This document shows, piece by piece, positions 37,469-50,100 of a stretch of DNA of 64,000 nt (position 1 is the first letter of the stretch; the number at the start of each line of letters is the position of its first letter). The DNA lies in NCBI GenBank assembly GCA_965227925.1, contig CBDDGP010000003.1, positions 869,472 to 933,471 on the forward strand. Direction: 5' to 3'. A program made the translations under genes and the position numbers. The notes beneath the pieces were generated by a model. It saw only the letters and a list, made by a program, of their open reading frames with translations, was not told where the DNA came from and ran no database searches. The stretch comes from Wenzhouxiangellaceae bacterium. GTDB taxonomy: Bacteria > Pseudomonadota > Gammaproteobacteria > Xanthomonadales > Wenzhouxiangellaceae.

Positions 37469-38680
37469 ATGTTCCGAATCTCGATCCGACCAGGACCGCT
37501 CCTGGCGTTCCCGGGCCTGGTTGCCGTTGCGTTGGCGTCGATCGCATTGGCGTCACCCGTCCTTGCGTCGACCGACGCCGACTATGTCCCGGATCGCGGC
37601 GATTGGGCACGCGCCGACCCCGACGCCTCCGGTTTCGATCCACGTCGCCTCGAAGCCGCGGTCGCGTGGATTCGCGCGCGTGCCGTGACCGAGCCGGCGA
37701 ACCTCGAACAGGTTTTGCTGGACACCTACACGGAGCGCGAACCGGACTACCGAGTCCTCGGGCCGACGGCGCCCCGCCGGAGCGACAGTGGGATCATCCT
37801 GCGCGGCGGCCGGATCGTGCGCGAATGGGGCGACGTGCATCGGGTCGACATGACCTTCAGCGTGGTCAAGAGCTATCTCGCGACCATCGTGGCGCTGGCG
37901 CTCGCGGATGGACGGATCGCGGGTCTCGACGCGCCCGTCGGCGAAAGCGTACACGGACCCTGGTTCGAGGGCGAACGCCACGCCGCGATCACCTGGCGGC
38001 ACCTCCTCAACCAGACCTCCGACTGGTCCGGCACGCTGTGGGAGGTCCCGGACTGGGCCGATCGGCCCGAAGGTGACGATCCAGCGCGCTGGCCGGATCG
38101 CGAACTCCACGCCCCCGGGGCCCGATTCAAGTACAACGATGTTCGCGTCAACCTGGCCGCACTGGCGGCGCTGCAGGTCCTGCGTCGACCGTTGCCCGAA
38201 GTGCTGCGGGAACGCATCATGGACCCGATCGGTGCCTCGCCGACCTGGCGGTGGCACGGCTACGAGAATTCCTGGATCGAGCTCGACGGTCTGCGCATGC
38301 AGTCGGTTTCGGGCGGCGGCCACTTCGGCGGCGGCCTGTTCATATCGACCCGGGACCACGCCCGCTTCGGCCTGCTGATGCTGCGCCGGGGGCTCTGGGG
38401 CGACACACGCCTTCTGCCCGATGACTGGTTCGACGCGATCCGCGAACCGACGCCGGCCCGACCCGACTACGGCCTGATGTGGTGGCTGAACACCGACCGG
38501 GAACGACTGCCCGCCGCTCCCGACTCGGCCTACTGGGCAGCAGGATTCGGCGGCAACTACATCTACGTCGACGAGTGTCACGATCTGCTCGTGGTGCTGC
38601 GCTGGATTCCGGAACTGGAAGGCAGCATCGAACGGATACTCGACGCCCTGGCGCCGAGCGCACGCTGCGAGGCCGACTGA
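37469..38680 (+). CDS. secreted serine hydrolase, beta-lactamase/transpeptidase-like family
   Basis: Has a signal peptide and an SxxK motif in FSVVKSY. Similarity to class C beta-lactamase/esterase families is judged from motifs only. Confidence 0.65.
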   Translation: MFRISIRPGPLLAFPGLVAVALASIALASPVLASTDADYVPDRGDWARADPDASGFDPRRLEAAVAWIRARAVTEPANLEQVLLDTYTEREPDYRVLGPTAPRRSDSGIILRGGRIVREWGDVHRVDMTFSVVKSYLATIVALALADGRIAGLDAPVGESVHGPWFEGERHAAITWRHLLNQTSDWSGTLWEVPDWADRPEGDDPARWPDRELHAPGARFKYNDVRVNLAALAALQVLRRPLPEVLRERIMDPIGASPTWRWHGYENSWIELDGLRMQSVSGGGHFGGGLFISTRDHARFGLLMLRRGLWGDTRLLPDDWFDAIREPTPARPDYGLMWWLNTDRERLPAAPDSAYWAAGFGGNYIYVDECHDLLVVLRWIPELEGSIERILDALAPSARCEAD

Positions 38681-39090
38681 TGCACGCATTGACGCTCGCC
38701 ATCGAAACCCACGGACGTGGACTGATCGACATCACCTCGCACGTGGCTTCTGCAATCGCCGACAGCGGCGTGCAGACGGGCCTGTGCCATGTCTTCATCC
38801 TGCACACCTCGGCATCCTTGCTGATCACCGAGAACGCCGACCCCGACGTTCTGCGGGATCTCGAAACCGTGTTCGCCGGTCTCGCGCCGGACGGCGACCC
38901 GAGGTACCGCCATACCGCCGAAGGCCCCGACGACATGTCGGCCCACGTGCGATCCGCGCTCACCGACACGTCGCTGACCCTGCCGGTCCGCGAAGGCCGA
39001 CCGCAGCTGGGGACCTGGCAGGGAATCTTCCTGTGGGAACATCGGACCCGACCGCACACGCGAACCCTCTCGGTCACGATCTCCGGTTGA
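38680..39090 (+). CDS. yjbQ: YjbQ/UPF0047 family protein (secondary thiamine-phosphate synthase-like)
   Basis: The ATG overlaps the preceding stop (TGATG). ...GLCHVFILHTSASLLITENADPDV...MSAHVRSALT...GTWQGIFLWEHR is typical of the UPF0047 family. Confidence 0.88.
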   Translation: MHALTLAIETHGRGLIDITSHVASAIADSGVQTGLCHVFILHTSASLLITENADPDVLRDLETVFAGLAPDGDPRYRHTAEGPDDMSAHVRSALTDTSLTLPVREGRPQLGTWQGIFLWEHRTRPHTRTLSVTISG

Positions 39091-39211
39091 CTTGCACCGG
39101 GCTTTTCGGGCAAGTTGTCGGACTTGATCGGCGACCCGCTCGATTCCTGCCGGCCGGCAGACCGAGCGAAACCCGACACCCAGAAAACCATCATTTCATC
39201 GGGGATTGTTC

Positions 39212-40798
<1,587 letters not shown>

Positions 40799-40878
40799 TC
40801 GAAGGACCCGACTGCATGCATCGATCGGGCCGCCGCCCGATCACGGACACGGCCCCGCCCCGCGGGGCCGTTGTCGTT

Positions 40879-42081
40879 TCAGCGCCGGGCCGTAGCCGAC
40901 CGGGCGCTGGCTGCGCGCGACCAGACCCGCAATGCGAGCAGCTGGACCGGTACCAGCGCGACCAGCAGGTCGAGGTTCCACTGGCTTCCCGGCAGCAGTT
41001 TCAGTAGCGGCGCGGCCAGAATGCCGGCGAGGGTCAGGCCGGCCACGACGCGCTCGAGGCGCCCGCCGCGTGCCGGCCACAGCAGCACCATCAACGGGTT
41101 GAGCAACAGCAGATTCTCGTTGGCTGCGGTCACCGCGTGCGACGTGGCCAGCCACAGGTACAGCAGCAGGCCGCCGGCCAGCGCATTGAACGCCAGCCAG
41201 ATGCGCCAACCGATCAGCCTCGCGGTACGACGCCGTGCCACCAGGAAGGGCAGGAGCAGTAGGATCGACGCCCCGCACAACAGGCCCAGCGCGGGGCCCC
41301 AGGCGAAGGACGGCGTGTTCGCCGGTAGGGGCCGCGACGATTCGTGCAACATCCGGTCGTCGATCACCAGCGAGCGGCGTCCGCCCCGGCCATCATCGAT
41401 CTGAAGGGCCGCGATCTCGCGCGCGACCACCTCGGGCAGGAACATCTCTTCCCAGACCGTCCTCGGCCGATCCACCGGTCGCCCCAGCGCGGCCTGGATG
41501 CCGAGATACAGCGCCGGATCCGGTCGGATCAGGCGACGGGTGTGCTGGCGCAGGTCCAGCCGCGCCGGCGCCGACTCGGTCGCCTCGCGCAGCGCCCCGT
41601 CGAGCGCGAAATCCAGCGCGTCCCGAATGCGGGTCGAGCAGTTGTTGAAGTAGTAGTCGTAGGCGAAATTGCGGGTGTCCGGCTGGACCCGCTGCTCGAG
41701 CCAGTCGGTCAACCTGCGAATGGTACGGTCATCGAAATCCAGCAACTGGGCCCGGACCGATCGGTCGCGCCACTGGTAGTAGGCCAGTTCCTCCACCGGA
41801 TCGCGGTCGACGGCGTAGTAGACGAGGTCACCCTGGAGATAGTCGAACACGAACCCCGGGGTGTCGAAATCGAAGAAACCGAAGTTGTAGACCTTGTCGA
41901 TCCCGCGTTCGGGATCACGGATCCACAGCGCGTTGTGGCCGAACCGTTCCTCGATGCGATCCGCGGTTCCGTACGTCATCAGCCACGCATCGGCTGCGGA
42001 GGCTGAGGGCGAGATCACCAGACCTGTCGGCAAGGGCAACAGGAACAGCAGCAGGCGCGTCACGGAGCGAACGGCGGACAT
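40879..42081 (-). CDS. DUF4105 domain protein (N-terminal secreted domain plus C-terminal TM region)
   Basis: Signal peptide, then ...FGHNALWIRDPERGIDKVYNFGFFDFDTPGFVFDYLQG...YDYYFNNCSTRIRD is characteristic of DUF4105. Confidence 0.7.
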   Translation of the reverse strand: MSAVRSVTRLLLFLLPLPTGLVISPSASAADAWLMTYGTADRIEERFGHNALWIRDPERGIDKVYNFGFFDFDTPGFVFDYLQGDLVYYAVDRDPVEELAYYQWRDRSVRAQLLDFDDRTIRRLTDWLEQRVQPDTRNFAYDYYFNNCSTRIRDALDFALDGALREATESAPARLDLRQHTRRLIRPDPALYLGIQAALGRPVDRPRTVWEEMFLPEVVAREIAALQIDDGRGGRRSLVIDDRMLHESSRPLPANTPSFAWGPALGLLCGASILLLLPFLVARRRTARLIGWRIWLAFNALAGGLLLYLWLATSHAVTAANENLLLLNPLMVLLWPARGGRLERVVAGLTLAGILAAPLLKLLPGSQWNLDLLVALVPVQLLALRVWSRAASARSATARR

Positions 42082-42153
42082 GGGCGACAGGTTCCGGAAT
42101 TCCGGCGCGCAGCATAGCAGCCGCCCGAAGACCGGGCGGCTGGACCCGATCGC

Positions 42154-45100
42154 TCAGGGCGTCTTGACCGGCGGCGCGGGGCGCGGCGGCGCGCCGGGCG
42201 GTTCCATCGCCACCCGTTCGAGCAGATATTCGATCGCGATCTCGAGCTGACGGTCGCGGCCGGCAATCACGCTGGCCGGGTCGTTGTCGACCTTGATGTC
42301 CGGCGCCACGCCCTCGCCTTCGATCACGTATTCGCCCTCGGTGTTCAGGAAACCGAACTCCGGCACGTTGACCGAGCCGCCGTCGATCAGCGGTCCGTGG
42401 TTGGTGATGCCGACCACACCGCCCCACGAACGCTTGCCGATCAGCGGCCCCAGGCCGGCGTTGCGGAACTGGTAGGGGAAGATATCGCCGTCGGAGGCCG
42501 AATTCTCGTTCAGCAGGGCCACGAGATGGCCTCGGAAGGCCTGGTACGGGTAGTTGGTCGCCTCGGGCATGGTGCGCGAATAGCCCAGCGACAGCGGCTT
42601 GCGCGCCAGCCGCTCGATGATCATCTGGGAGACATTACCGCCGCCGTTGCCGCGCACGTCGATGACCAGGCCATCCCGGTCGATCTGGCCGTAGTACCAC
42701 TTGATGAACTCTCGAATGCCGTCCGGACCCATGTCGGGCAGGTGCAGGTAGCCGAGTCGGCCATCGCTGGCGGCCTCCACCTGCGCCTTGTTCGCGCGGA
42801 CCCAGTCGAGATAGTGGAGCGGCTGCTCATCATCGATCGGCCGCACCAGCACGTCGCGTGCTTCACGACCGTTCGCCCGTTCCGAGACCGTCAGCGCCAG
42901 CGCGCCGCTGCCCTTGCCGGTCAGCAGGCGATACGGATTGATGTTCGCCGTCAGCGGCTGACCGTTGATGGCCAGCAGGTAGTCGCCCGGGTTGATTTCG
43001 ACTCCGGCCTCGGTCAGCGGTGCGCGGTAGCGCGCTTCGTCGTTCTGCCCGTCGAAGATCTCCGAAATCCGGTAGCGATCACCGTCCAGCGTCAGGCGGG
43101 CACCGAGCAGGGCAACCTGCGGCCGATCCGGAAGACCGAGATCGCCGCCGGAGACGTAGGCATGAGAGACGTTCAACTCGGCGATCATTTCGCCCAGCAG
43201 GTCGTTGAGGTCGCCGCGGTGCGCGACGTGCGGCAGCAGGGCACGATAGCGCTGGCCGAGCGCCTCCCAGTCGTAGCCGTGCATGTTCTCGACGTAGAAG
43301 AAGTCGCGGAATCGGCGCCAGACCTCCTCGAAGGCCGTGTCCCACTCGGCCGCCGGGTCGATTTCGGCGAAGAGTCCGGACCGGTCCACGGTCTCGGCAT
43401 CCTTGCCGTTCTTCACCGGACGGACCTGCCAATCGCTGCCATGGCGCGTCATCACGACCTTGCGATCGGCGCTGATGTCGCCGCCGGACAGGCCTTCAAC
43501 GAACGTGGAGGTTTTCTGGTCCTCGAAATCGAAGCGCTTCAGGCGCGGCGCCTCGGCCCAGGAACGGCCGTAGTAGAAGGGATCGAATTCGACCAGCAGC
43601 AGCGCACCGTCCACGGACCAGACGTCGCCGTAGTTCGAGGCCTCGACCGGCACGCGGATCACGCGTTCTGCGAGCCCGTCGAAATCGATGACGACATCGC
43701 CATCGTCGCCGTTCCCATCGTCGTCCTCATCGTCCTTCGCGCCCTTGTCCCGTCCCTCGTCATCGGCAAGAATGCCGGCGTCGCTGGGATCTTCGGGCGC
43801 GAAGGGATTGGCCGCATCGTCGGTCAACGCATAGGCCAGTACGCCGGTCACCCGATTGGTCGCGAAATTCCACTCGCGGCCGGAAATCTGCGGCGCGAAC
43901 TCGCGGTCGGCCAGGAAGAACAGGTGTACTCCATCGGGCGAGAACACCGGCTGGTACTCGGAGTAGAGTCCTTCGCTCAACTGGTGGGTGGCGCCGTCGC
44001 GAACGTCGTGCACGTAGAGCGCCCGGAGCTGGTTCGACTGGGTCAGGCTGAAGGCCAGGTAGCGTCCCGAAGGCGACCACTCGTAATCCCGGTTGCGCCA
44101 GGCCGGATCGCGTCCGGCCTCCACCGGATCGCCGCCGTCGACCGCCTGCACCCAGATCCGGCCCAGGTGATCGGAATAGGCGATCCGCTCGCCGTCGGGC
44201 GAGAACTTCGGCGCGTAGAGCCGCACCCGATCGGGCCCGTCCAGCCGGCGCGGCGTTTCGCTTCCATCGGCGGCGCCGATCCAGACGCCTTCCTCGCCAC
44301 CGGAATCCGAAACCCAGGCGATGGTGTTGCCGTCCGGGGCCCAGGCCGGCTCGCGATCGTGCGCGTCGGACGACCGGGTCACGGCCCGGGTCACGCCCTG
44401 CTCGACCGGCGTGTTGAACAGGTCACCGCGGGCGTAGAACAGCACGCGTTCCCCGGTCGGGCTCAGTACCGCATCGCCGACCTGATCGGCGACCGACTCG
44501 CTGCGCACGCGTCGATTCACGCCGTCGTCGGGCACCCGGATACTCAGCCGCCGGTCGTCGCCGGTTCGCACATCGACGATTTGCAGCGCGCCGCCGAGGG
44601 AGTACACGATGCGCCCGGAACCATCGTCGGCCGGCCAGCGCACGTCCCAGTCCGTATGCTCGGTCACGGCCGAGACCGAGTCGGAGTCCGGATCGATTCG
44701 ATACAGGTTCAGCGTGCCCGAGGAAACGCGGTCGGACGCGAAATAGCCGGAGCCGTCGATCCACATCGGATCGCGATCGGTCCCCGGATCGTCGGTCAGG
44801 CGGCGCGCCTCGCCGTTGTCCAGGTCGAACATCCAGAGATCCTGCGCCCAGCCGCCCTCGTAGCGTTTCCAGGTCCGGAAATCCCGGGCCAGGGGCGTGT
44901 AGAAAAGAGCATCCTCGCCGGCGTAGACACCGGACCCGGCCTGCGGCATCGGCAGGGCCTGCGGCAGTCCGCCCTCGACCGGAGCGACGAACAGCTGGCC
45001 TTCGGACGAATCGCGCGCATCGCGCAGCGAGCGGAACAGGACGCCGCTTCCGTCCGGCGTCCATCCGTGCACCTGGTGGTCGTAGCCCCAGCGCGGCGGC

Positions 45101-45456
45101 AGAGGACCGGACGCCGGGTACCAGGTCAGCTGGCGCGGTTCGCCGCCGGCCGCGGGCATCACGTAGACCTGCTCGTCCCCGCCATACTGGCCGGTGAACG
45201 CGATCCAGTCGCCGTCGGGCGAGAAATGGGCGAACAGCTCCAGGCCGGGATGACTGGTCAGGCGGCGCGCCGTACCGCCCTGGTCCGATGCGGTCCACAG
45301 ATCGCCTCCGTGGGTGAACACCACACGGTCACCGTGGAGGTCGGGGTAACGCAGCAGCAGGGTCTCGTCCTGGGCCCACGCCGGAAGCGACGAGGCGGCG
45401 AGAACGACGTGCGCGACCATCAGGAGCGGCGCGAGCGAACGAATCGATGACGTCAT
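42154..45456 (-). CDS. tricorn-like periplasmic protease (TolB-type propellers, PDZ, S41 peptidase domain)
   Basis: ATG at 45456 preceded by GGAG, with a signal peptide. YPDLHGDRVVFTHGGDLW is the N-terminal signature of tricorn protease homologs. The C-terminus has PDZ and S41 regions (...NENSASDGDIFPYQFR...GKRSWGGVVG). Confidence 0.85.
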   Translation of the reverse strand: MTSSIRSLAPLLMVAHVVLAASSLPAWAQDETLLLRYPDLHGDRVVFTHGGDLWTASDQGGTARRLTSHPGLELFAHFSPDGDWIAFTGQYGGDEQVYVMPAAGGEPRQLTWYPASGPLPPRWGYDHQVHGWTPDGSGVLFRSLRDARDSSEGQLFVAPVEGGLPQALPMPQAGSGVYAGEDALFYTPLARDFRTWKRYEGGWAQDLWMFDLDNGEARRLTDDPGTDRDPMWIDGSGYFASDRVSSGTLNLYRIDPDSDSVSAVTEHTDWDVRWPADDGSGRIVYSLGGALQIVDVRTGDDRRLSIRVPDDGVNRRVRSESVADQVGDAVLSPTGERVLFYARGDLFNTPVEQGVTRAVTRSSDAHDREPAWAPDGNTIAWVSDSGGEEGVWIGAADGSETPRRLDGPDRVRLYAPKFSPDGERIAYSDHLGRIWVQAVDGGDPVEAGRDPAWRNRDYEWSPSGRYLAFSLTQSNQLRALYVHDVRDGATHQLSEGLYSEYQPVFSPDGVHLFFLADREFAPQISGREWNFATNRVTGVLAYALTDDAANPFAPEDPSDAGILADDEGRDKGAKDDEDDDGNGDDGDVVIDFDGLAERVIRVPVEASNYGDVWSVDGALLLVEFDPFYYGRSWAEAPRLKRFDFEDQKTSTFVEGLSGGDISADRKVVMTRHGSDWQVRPVKNGKDAETVDRSGLFAEIDPAAEWDTAFEEVWRRFRDFFYVENMHGYDWEALGQRYRALLPHVAHRGDLNDLLGEMIAELNVSHAYVSGGDLGLPDRPQVALLGARLTLDGDRYRISEIFDGQNDEARYRAPLTEAGVEINPGDYLLAINGQPLTANINPYRLLTGKGSGALALTVSERANGREARDVLVRPIDDEQPLHYLDWVRANKAQVEAASDGRLGYLHLPDMGPDGIREFIKWYYGQIDRDGLVIDVRGNGGGNVSQMIIERLARKPLSLGYSRTMPEATNYPYQAFRGHLVALLNENSASDGDIFPYQFRNAGLGPLIGKRSWGGVVGITNHGPLIDGGSVNVPEFGFLNTEGEYVIEGEGVAPDIKVDNDPASVIAGRDRQLEIAIEYLLERVAMEPPGAPPRPAPPVKTP

Positions 45457-45656
45457 GGGTTTCTCCGATCGTGTATGCGCGGTCGGGATCCGGTTTCGAC
45501 TCCCGACGGGGCGCTTCGTGAGCATCGATTGTAGGCAGCCGGGGCCGAGGCGGCATGTGTCGTTGGTCCTGCACCACGCGGGGCAAGCTTGAAGTGTGCC
45601 CCCGAGTCGCAGTAGGATTTCCCCAGGCCCGCGACGAATCCATCCGGAGAACCGTC

Positions 45657-46349
45657 ATGCGCACGCTGCCTTTCCTTCTCGCCGCCGCAGTCGCAATGGC
45701 GACACTCGGCCTGGCGCCCCCCCTCGCTGCCGCTGATCTCGAGCGGCCGGGGAATTCCTTCTACGCCTACGACGAGCACACGCCGAGCAGCCGCCTGCTG
45801 GCCGAAGCCCAGCGCGCCTACCGAGCGCGGATGTTCGCGCTCTCGCTAGACAACTACAAGGCGGCCTCGCGCTGGTCGGACAAGTTCGCCCAGTACAACG
45901 TCGGCATCATGCACCTGCGAGGCGAAGGAACGGACTACGATCCGCTGCGGGGCTGGGCCTGGCTTCAGCTATCGGCCGAACGCGGCTACCCGCAGTTCGT
46001 CGAGGCCGCGGATTCGCTCTGGGACCTGTTCGATGCCGGCGAGCGCGAGCGCGCCCGAACGATCCTCGAAACGGAGCTCGAACCGGTCTACGGCGACGAC
46101 GCGACCTTCGAACGCACGGCCCGCGAGATGCGGTTCCGCCGACGCGATGCAACGGGAACGCGCACCGGTTCGCTCGCCATGATGCAGATGCTCCGGGTGA
46201 TCGACTCGAGCGGTTTCCCACGCGCCGGCACCGAGTTCTACGATCCCGAAAAATGGGATTTCCGCAATATCGTGGAGTACGAAACCCGTTTGATGCATGC
46301 GATCCATGGCGGCACCGTCGAACTCCGGGAGCTCGAACTCGACGACTGA
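45657..46349 (+). CDS. secreted Sel1-like repeat protein, paralog A
   Basis: Signal peptide MRTLPFLLAAAVAMATLGLAPPLAAA. The Sel1-like segment is KFAQYNVGIMHLRGEGTDYDPLRGWAWLQLSAERGYP. The C-terminus is EKWDFRNIV...VELRELELDD. Confidence 0.7.
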   Translation: MRTLPFLLAAAVAMATLGLAPPLAAADLERPGNSFYAYDEHTPSSRLLAEAQRAYRARMFALSLDNYKAASRWSDKFAQYNVGIMHLRGEGTDYDPLRGWAWLQLSAERGYPQFVEAADSLWDLFDAGERERARTILETELEPVYGDDATFERTAREMRFRRRDATGTRTGSLAMMQMLRVIDSSGFPRAGTEFYDPEKWDFRNIVEYETRLMHAIHGGTVELRELELDD

Positions 46350-46395
46350 GGTCCGCTGATCGCAATCTCGGAAGACGCTGTAAGGAGGAGTCGAA

Positions 46396-47088
46396 ATGCC
46401 CGAACGCCCCTATCGTGTTCTGGTCGCCGCCGCCTTCACCACGGTTGTCCTGACCTTCTCCGCGCAGGCGCAGGGGCCCGATCCGTCGGCGCTGAGCCTG
46501 GCGGAGCACACGCCCGGCAGCCGACTGATGGCGCTGGCCAGCCGGTCCTACCAGGCCGGTCACTACTGGTCGGCCTACACCAAGTACAGGGAGGCTGCGC
46601 GCTGGGCCGACAAGTTCGCCCAGTTCAACCTCGGCGTGATGCACCTGAAGGGCCAGGGGACCGAGTACGACCCAGCGCGCGCTCTTGCGTGGTTCCAGCT
46701 GTCCGCAGAGCGCGACTATCCCATGATGGTTGCGATGGTGGACGATCTCGAAGCGCTCCTGAACGAGCAAGCGATCGAGCGCGCCACGAGCATTCGAATC
46801 GAAGAGCTGGAGCCGATCTTCGGCGATGCCTACGCGGTCGAGCGAACGCACAGGAGAATGCGAAGAGAGCGTCGATTTGCCGCCGGCACCCGTGTCGGTT
46901 ACATCGGCATGATGCGAGTGATCGGGCGAGACGGCATCTCGCGCGATGGCTACGACTTCTTCGCCCGGGAAAAGTGGGATTTCCGCAATATCGTGGACAT
47001 GGAAACGCAGTACATGATGAATCTCGGCAACGAGCGCGTCGAGTTGCGTGAACTCGAGCTCGACGACACGCCGGCCGACCCCGACTGA
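46396..47088 (+). CDS. secreted Sel1-like repeat protein, paralog B
   Basis: Collinear with paralog A: KFAQFNLGVMHLKGQGTEYDPARALAWFQLSAERDYP and EKWDFRNIV...VELRELELDD. Has a signal peptide ending AQAQG. Confidence 0.7.
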   Translation: MPERPYRVLVAAAFTTVVLTFSAQAQGPDPSALSLAEHTPGSRLMALASRSYQAGHYWSAYTKYREAARWADKFAQFNLGVMHLKGQGTEYDPARALAWFQLSAERDYPMMVAMVDDLEALLNEQAIERATSIRIEELEPIFGDAYAVERTHRRMRRERRFAAGTRVGYIGMMRVIGRDGISRDGYDFFAREKWDFRNIVDMETQYMMNLGNERVELRELELDDTPADPD

Positions 47089-47094
47089 CGGCGG

Positions 47095-47122
47095 AACCGG
47101 GGGCGGTCGGCCGCCCCCGGTT
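47095..47122. terminator. perfect 12-bp-stem hairpin between convergent genes (candidate bidirectional terminator)
   Basis: AACCGGGGGCGG-TCGG-CCGCCCCCGGTT lies 6 nt after the stop of paralog B and 62 nt after the stop of the S8 protease gene. Confidence 0.6.
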
Positions 47123-47184
47123 CACGGAGCTGAACGCCCGGAAGCCGAGCCTCGGAGGCTCGGCTCCCGACCACGGACAACGCG

Positions 47185-50100
47185 CTACGGGCTCTCGAAC
47201 CCGTCGATGAAGATTTCCTCGGCGAGGCCCCCGCAGGCCTCCACCCGCAGGTCGTCGATCGTCCAGCCGGCCCGTCCACCGACCGTTCCGTCGGTCCCGA
47301 CCCGGAACCGGAGCTGGATCGTCTGGTCGGCGTACGCGGAAAGATCCACCACGTAGTCATCCCAGTCGCGGGGGTCCCCGCACCACGCCTCCATGCCGGC
47401 CAGCGGGTTGGGTCCGCTGGCGAAGTCGTTGACCGTGCCGTCATGCGATCGATGCAGGACCGCCGAGCCGTTGAGGTCGGTCCAGCTTGCTCCGCCGTCG
47501 GTCGAAATCTCGAGCACGCCGGCGTCCCAGCAGGCGCCGCTGGCGTCCTCGAGTTCCTGGTGGTTCCAGAATCGAAGCGTGAGCGGCAGCTGGTCGGAGC
47601 CCGGCAGCGCGATCGGCGGCGAGACCAGGCGCTGGTCGCTGATCGAGTCCAGGTTCTCGGCGTTCCAGGCGAACGCGCCACCGTGAACGTTGGCGCCCGA
47701 TTGCTGCCAGGTGTTCTGGATCGAGCCCGCGCCCGGCGTCCAGCCGTTGGTGCCGGATTCCATGTCGTCGGACCAGACCTCGAGCGTCGCGGACCCGATC
47801 GGGCAGTCGCCCGGCTCCGGCTGCGTATTGAAGCTGAAGGTGGCGGACTCCGCGCTGCCGCAGGCATTGTCGACGGTGACCCGCCAGTAGTAGAAGGTCG
47901 ACGAATCCAGCGTCAGTTCCACCGAGGTCTCGCGCGTGGTGATGTCGTGAACCACGGTCGAAAACCCGGGATCGGTGGCCACCTCGAGGCGGTAATCGAG
48001 ACCCTGGGCGACCGTGGTCCATTCGAAGGTCTGCACCGCGAGCGTGTTCACTGCGCCATCGGCCGGCGAGACCAGCGGCGGCGCCGGCGGCACGGCGTCG
48101 AAGGTATTCAGCACCAGCGGCAGGGACTTGGTCCCGGTCGTCGAGGTGCCTTCGACCGCAGCTGATGTGGTTCCCGGTGCGGTGCTCGCACCGAAGGCGA
48201 CCGTCAGCGTCGACGTGCCGGACGGGGTCACCGGGTTGATGTCGAAGCTCCCCGTGACGCCGGCGGGCAGACCGGTCGCGCTCAGCGACACCGGGTCGTC
48301 GAAACCGAGCAGGCTGTCGATGGCCACGGCCACGTCCTGGCTGTCGGGAACGCAGGCCATGAGCTCCGCAGGGTCCAGAAGCATGCTGAAGTCCGGCGCG
48401 TCGAGGCAGTTCTGGCAGACCAGCGCGAAGTGCTGCGCAGTGGTCACGCCAGGCTGATCGAGCAGCACGCTGCCGGCGATGTTGAACGCATCCACGGTGA
48501 TCGTGGCCGAGGTGCCCGGCGCGGCCAGCGTGACCTGCTCGATGTTGTTGAGCCGGTCGGCGGCGCCACCGGGCTGGGAGAATCCGCCCGAGAAGTTGTT
48601 GCCCAGGTAGGTCTGGCCGCCGCTGACCACCGTCAGGTCGAGGTCGTTGACCATGGCCGGGTTGGCGCCGACCGCGCCGGGCGCGTCGGACCAGACCAGC
48701 GTGACCTTCAACGGCTGTGCAGGATCGACGACGCCGACCACGAGCTCGTAGGACTCGCCCGAGGCGGTGAACAGCTCGGACTGGTCCCGGAACTCGAAGC
48801 TCAGGCCGTCGTCGACCAGGGTCGACAGGTCGATCCGACCCCAGCCCGAATCGTTGTTCGGCGGCGGCGTCGGGCCGACCGGCACAGCGGAGTTGATCAG
48901 CAGGGCCTTGCCCATCGCCGGGCTTGGATCGACCGCGAACTGGTCGCGCCACCATTCGGTCAGCAGGACCAGGGCCCCGGACGCGTGCGGCGCCGCCATC
49001 GAGGTTCCGGTGCACAAGGAGTATTCGCCGTTCGTGTTGGCGATCGACGAGGCGCACTGGGAGGCGTTGGCGCGGCGGGTCGAACTGACCGACTGGCCGG
49101 GCGCGGCAATCGTCGGCAGCCAGCGATTGTCGACCGCCGGTCCGCGGCTGGACGAACCGTAGATCGCATCCACGTCGCCCGAGACCCGGAAGGTCTGGGT
49201 GCCGCCGGTGACCACGACGTTCTTGGCTTCCTTCGGCGCGGTGACGCCGGAGCCGCCGGAGTTGCCGGCCGAGAACACGACCATGAACGGGTCGAGCACC
49301 GACGGCGTGTCGAAGTTGCCGTCCAGCACCATCAGGTCGTAGGTCCGCTCGGTGGCCTGGTAGCCGTGCTGGGTGCCCTCACCCGAGGTCCAGGAATTGT
49401 TCGAACCCACCGCGCCGCCCAGCAGCGCGTCCCGACTCAGAACCTGCCAACCGCCGGCCGGCGGCCAGCTGTTCTGCGACCCGCAGATCGGGTTCTGGGC
49501 AAAGATGCTGGCGCCCGGCGCCATGCCGTGGCCGTAGAGGAACCCGTTGGAATCCACGAACCCGGCGGTCCCGTCGCCGGCCCAGATGCCGGTCACGTGC
49601 GTGCCGTGTCCGCCCGACGTCGGATCGTCGCCCGGGTTGGCCTCGCTGCAGCCCGGATAGTTGATGCCGCCGACGATCCGACTGTTGTAGTCGCCGTGGG
49701 CATACCAGACGCCGGTATCGGTGGTCGCCCAGGTCACGCCGCTGCCGTCGAGGCCAACCGACACGAGCCATGAGGGATACCCGGGAAAGGGGATGTTGCT
49801 TGCATCCAGGTTGTCGGCCAGGACCTGGGCCGCACTTTCATCCTCGAGCTCCGGTTCCGGGCTGAGGTAGCTCAAGGCGACGACCTGCGGGATTGCGGCC
49901 AGGGCCGGCAGAGAAGCGGCCGGGGTCTCGATCACGGCGTTGTAGAGCCGGCGATCCGGTTGCGCCGGCCACGCGTCCAGCACGCGCACGCCGCCCAGCC
50001 GGGCGAGTTCGTCGACCACGGCCGACGCGTCGCCCGAGTTGTAGAAGTGGACATTGACGTTGCGGATCCGATCTCCGCGGGCCTTCAGCGAAGGCTGCGT

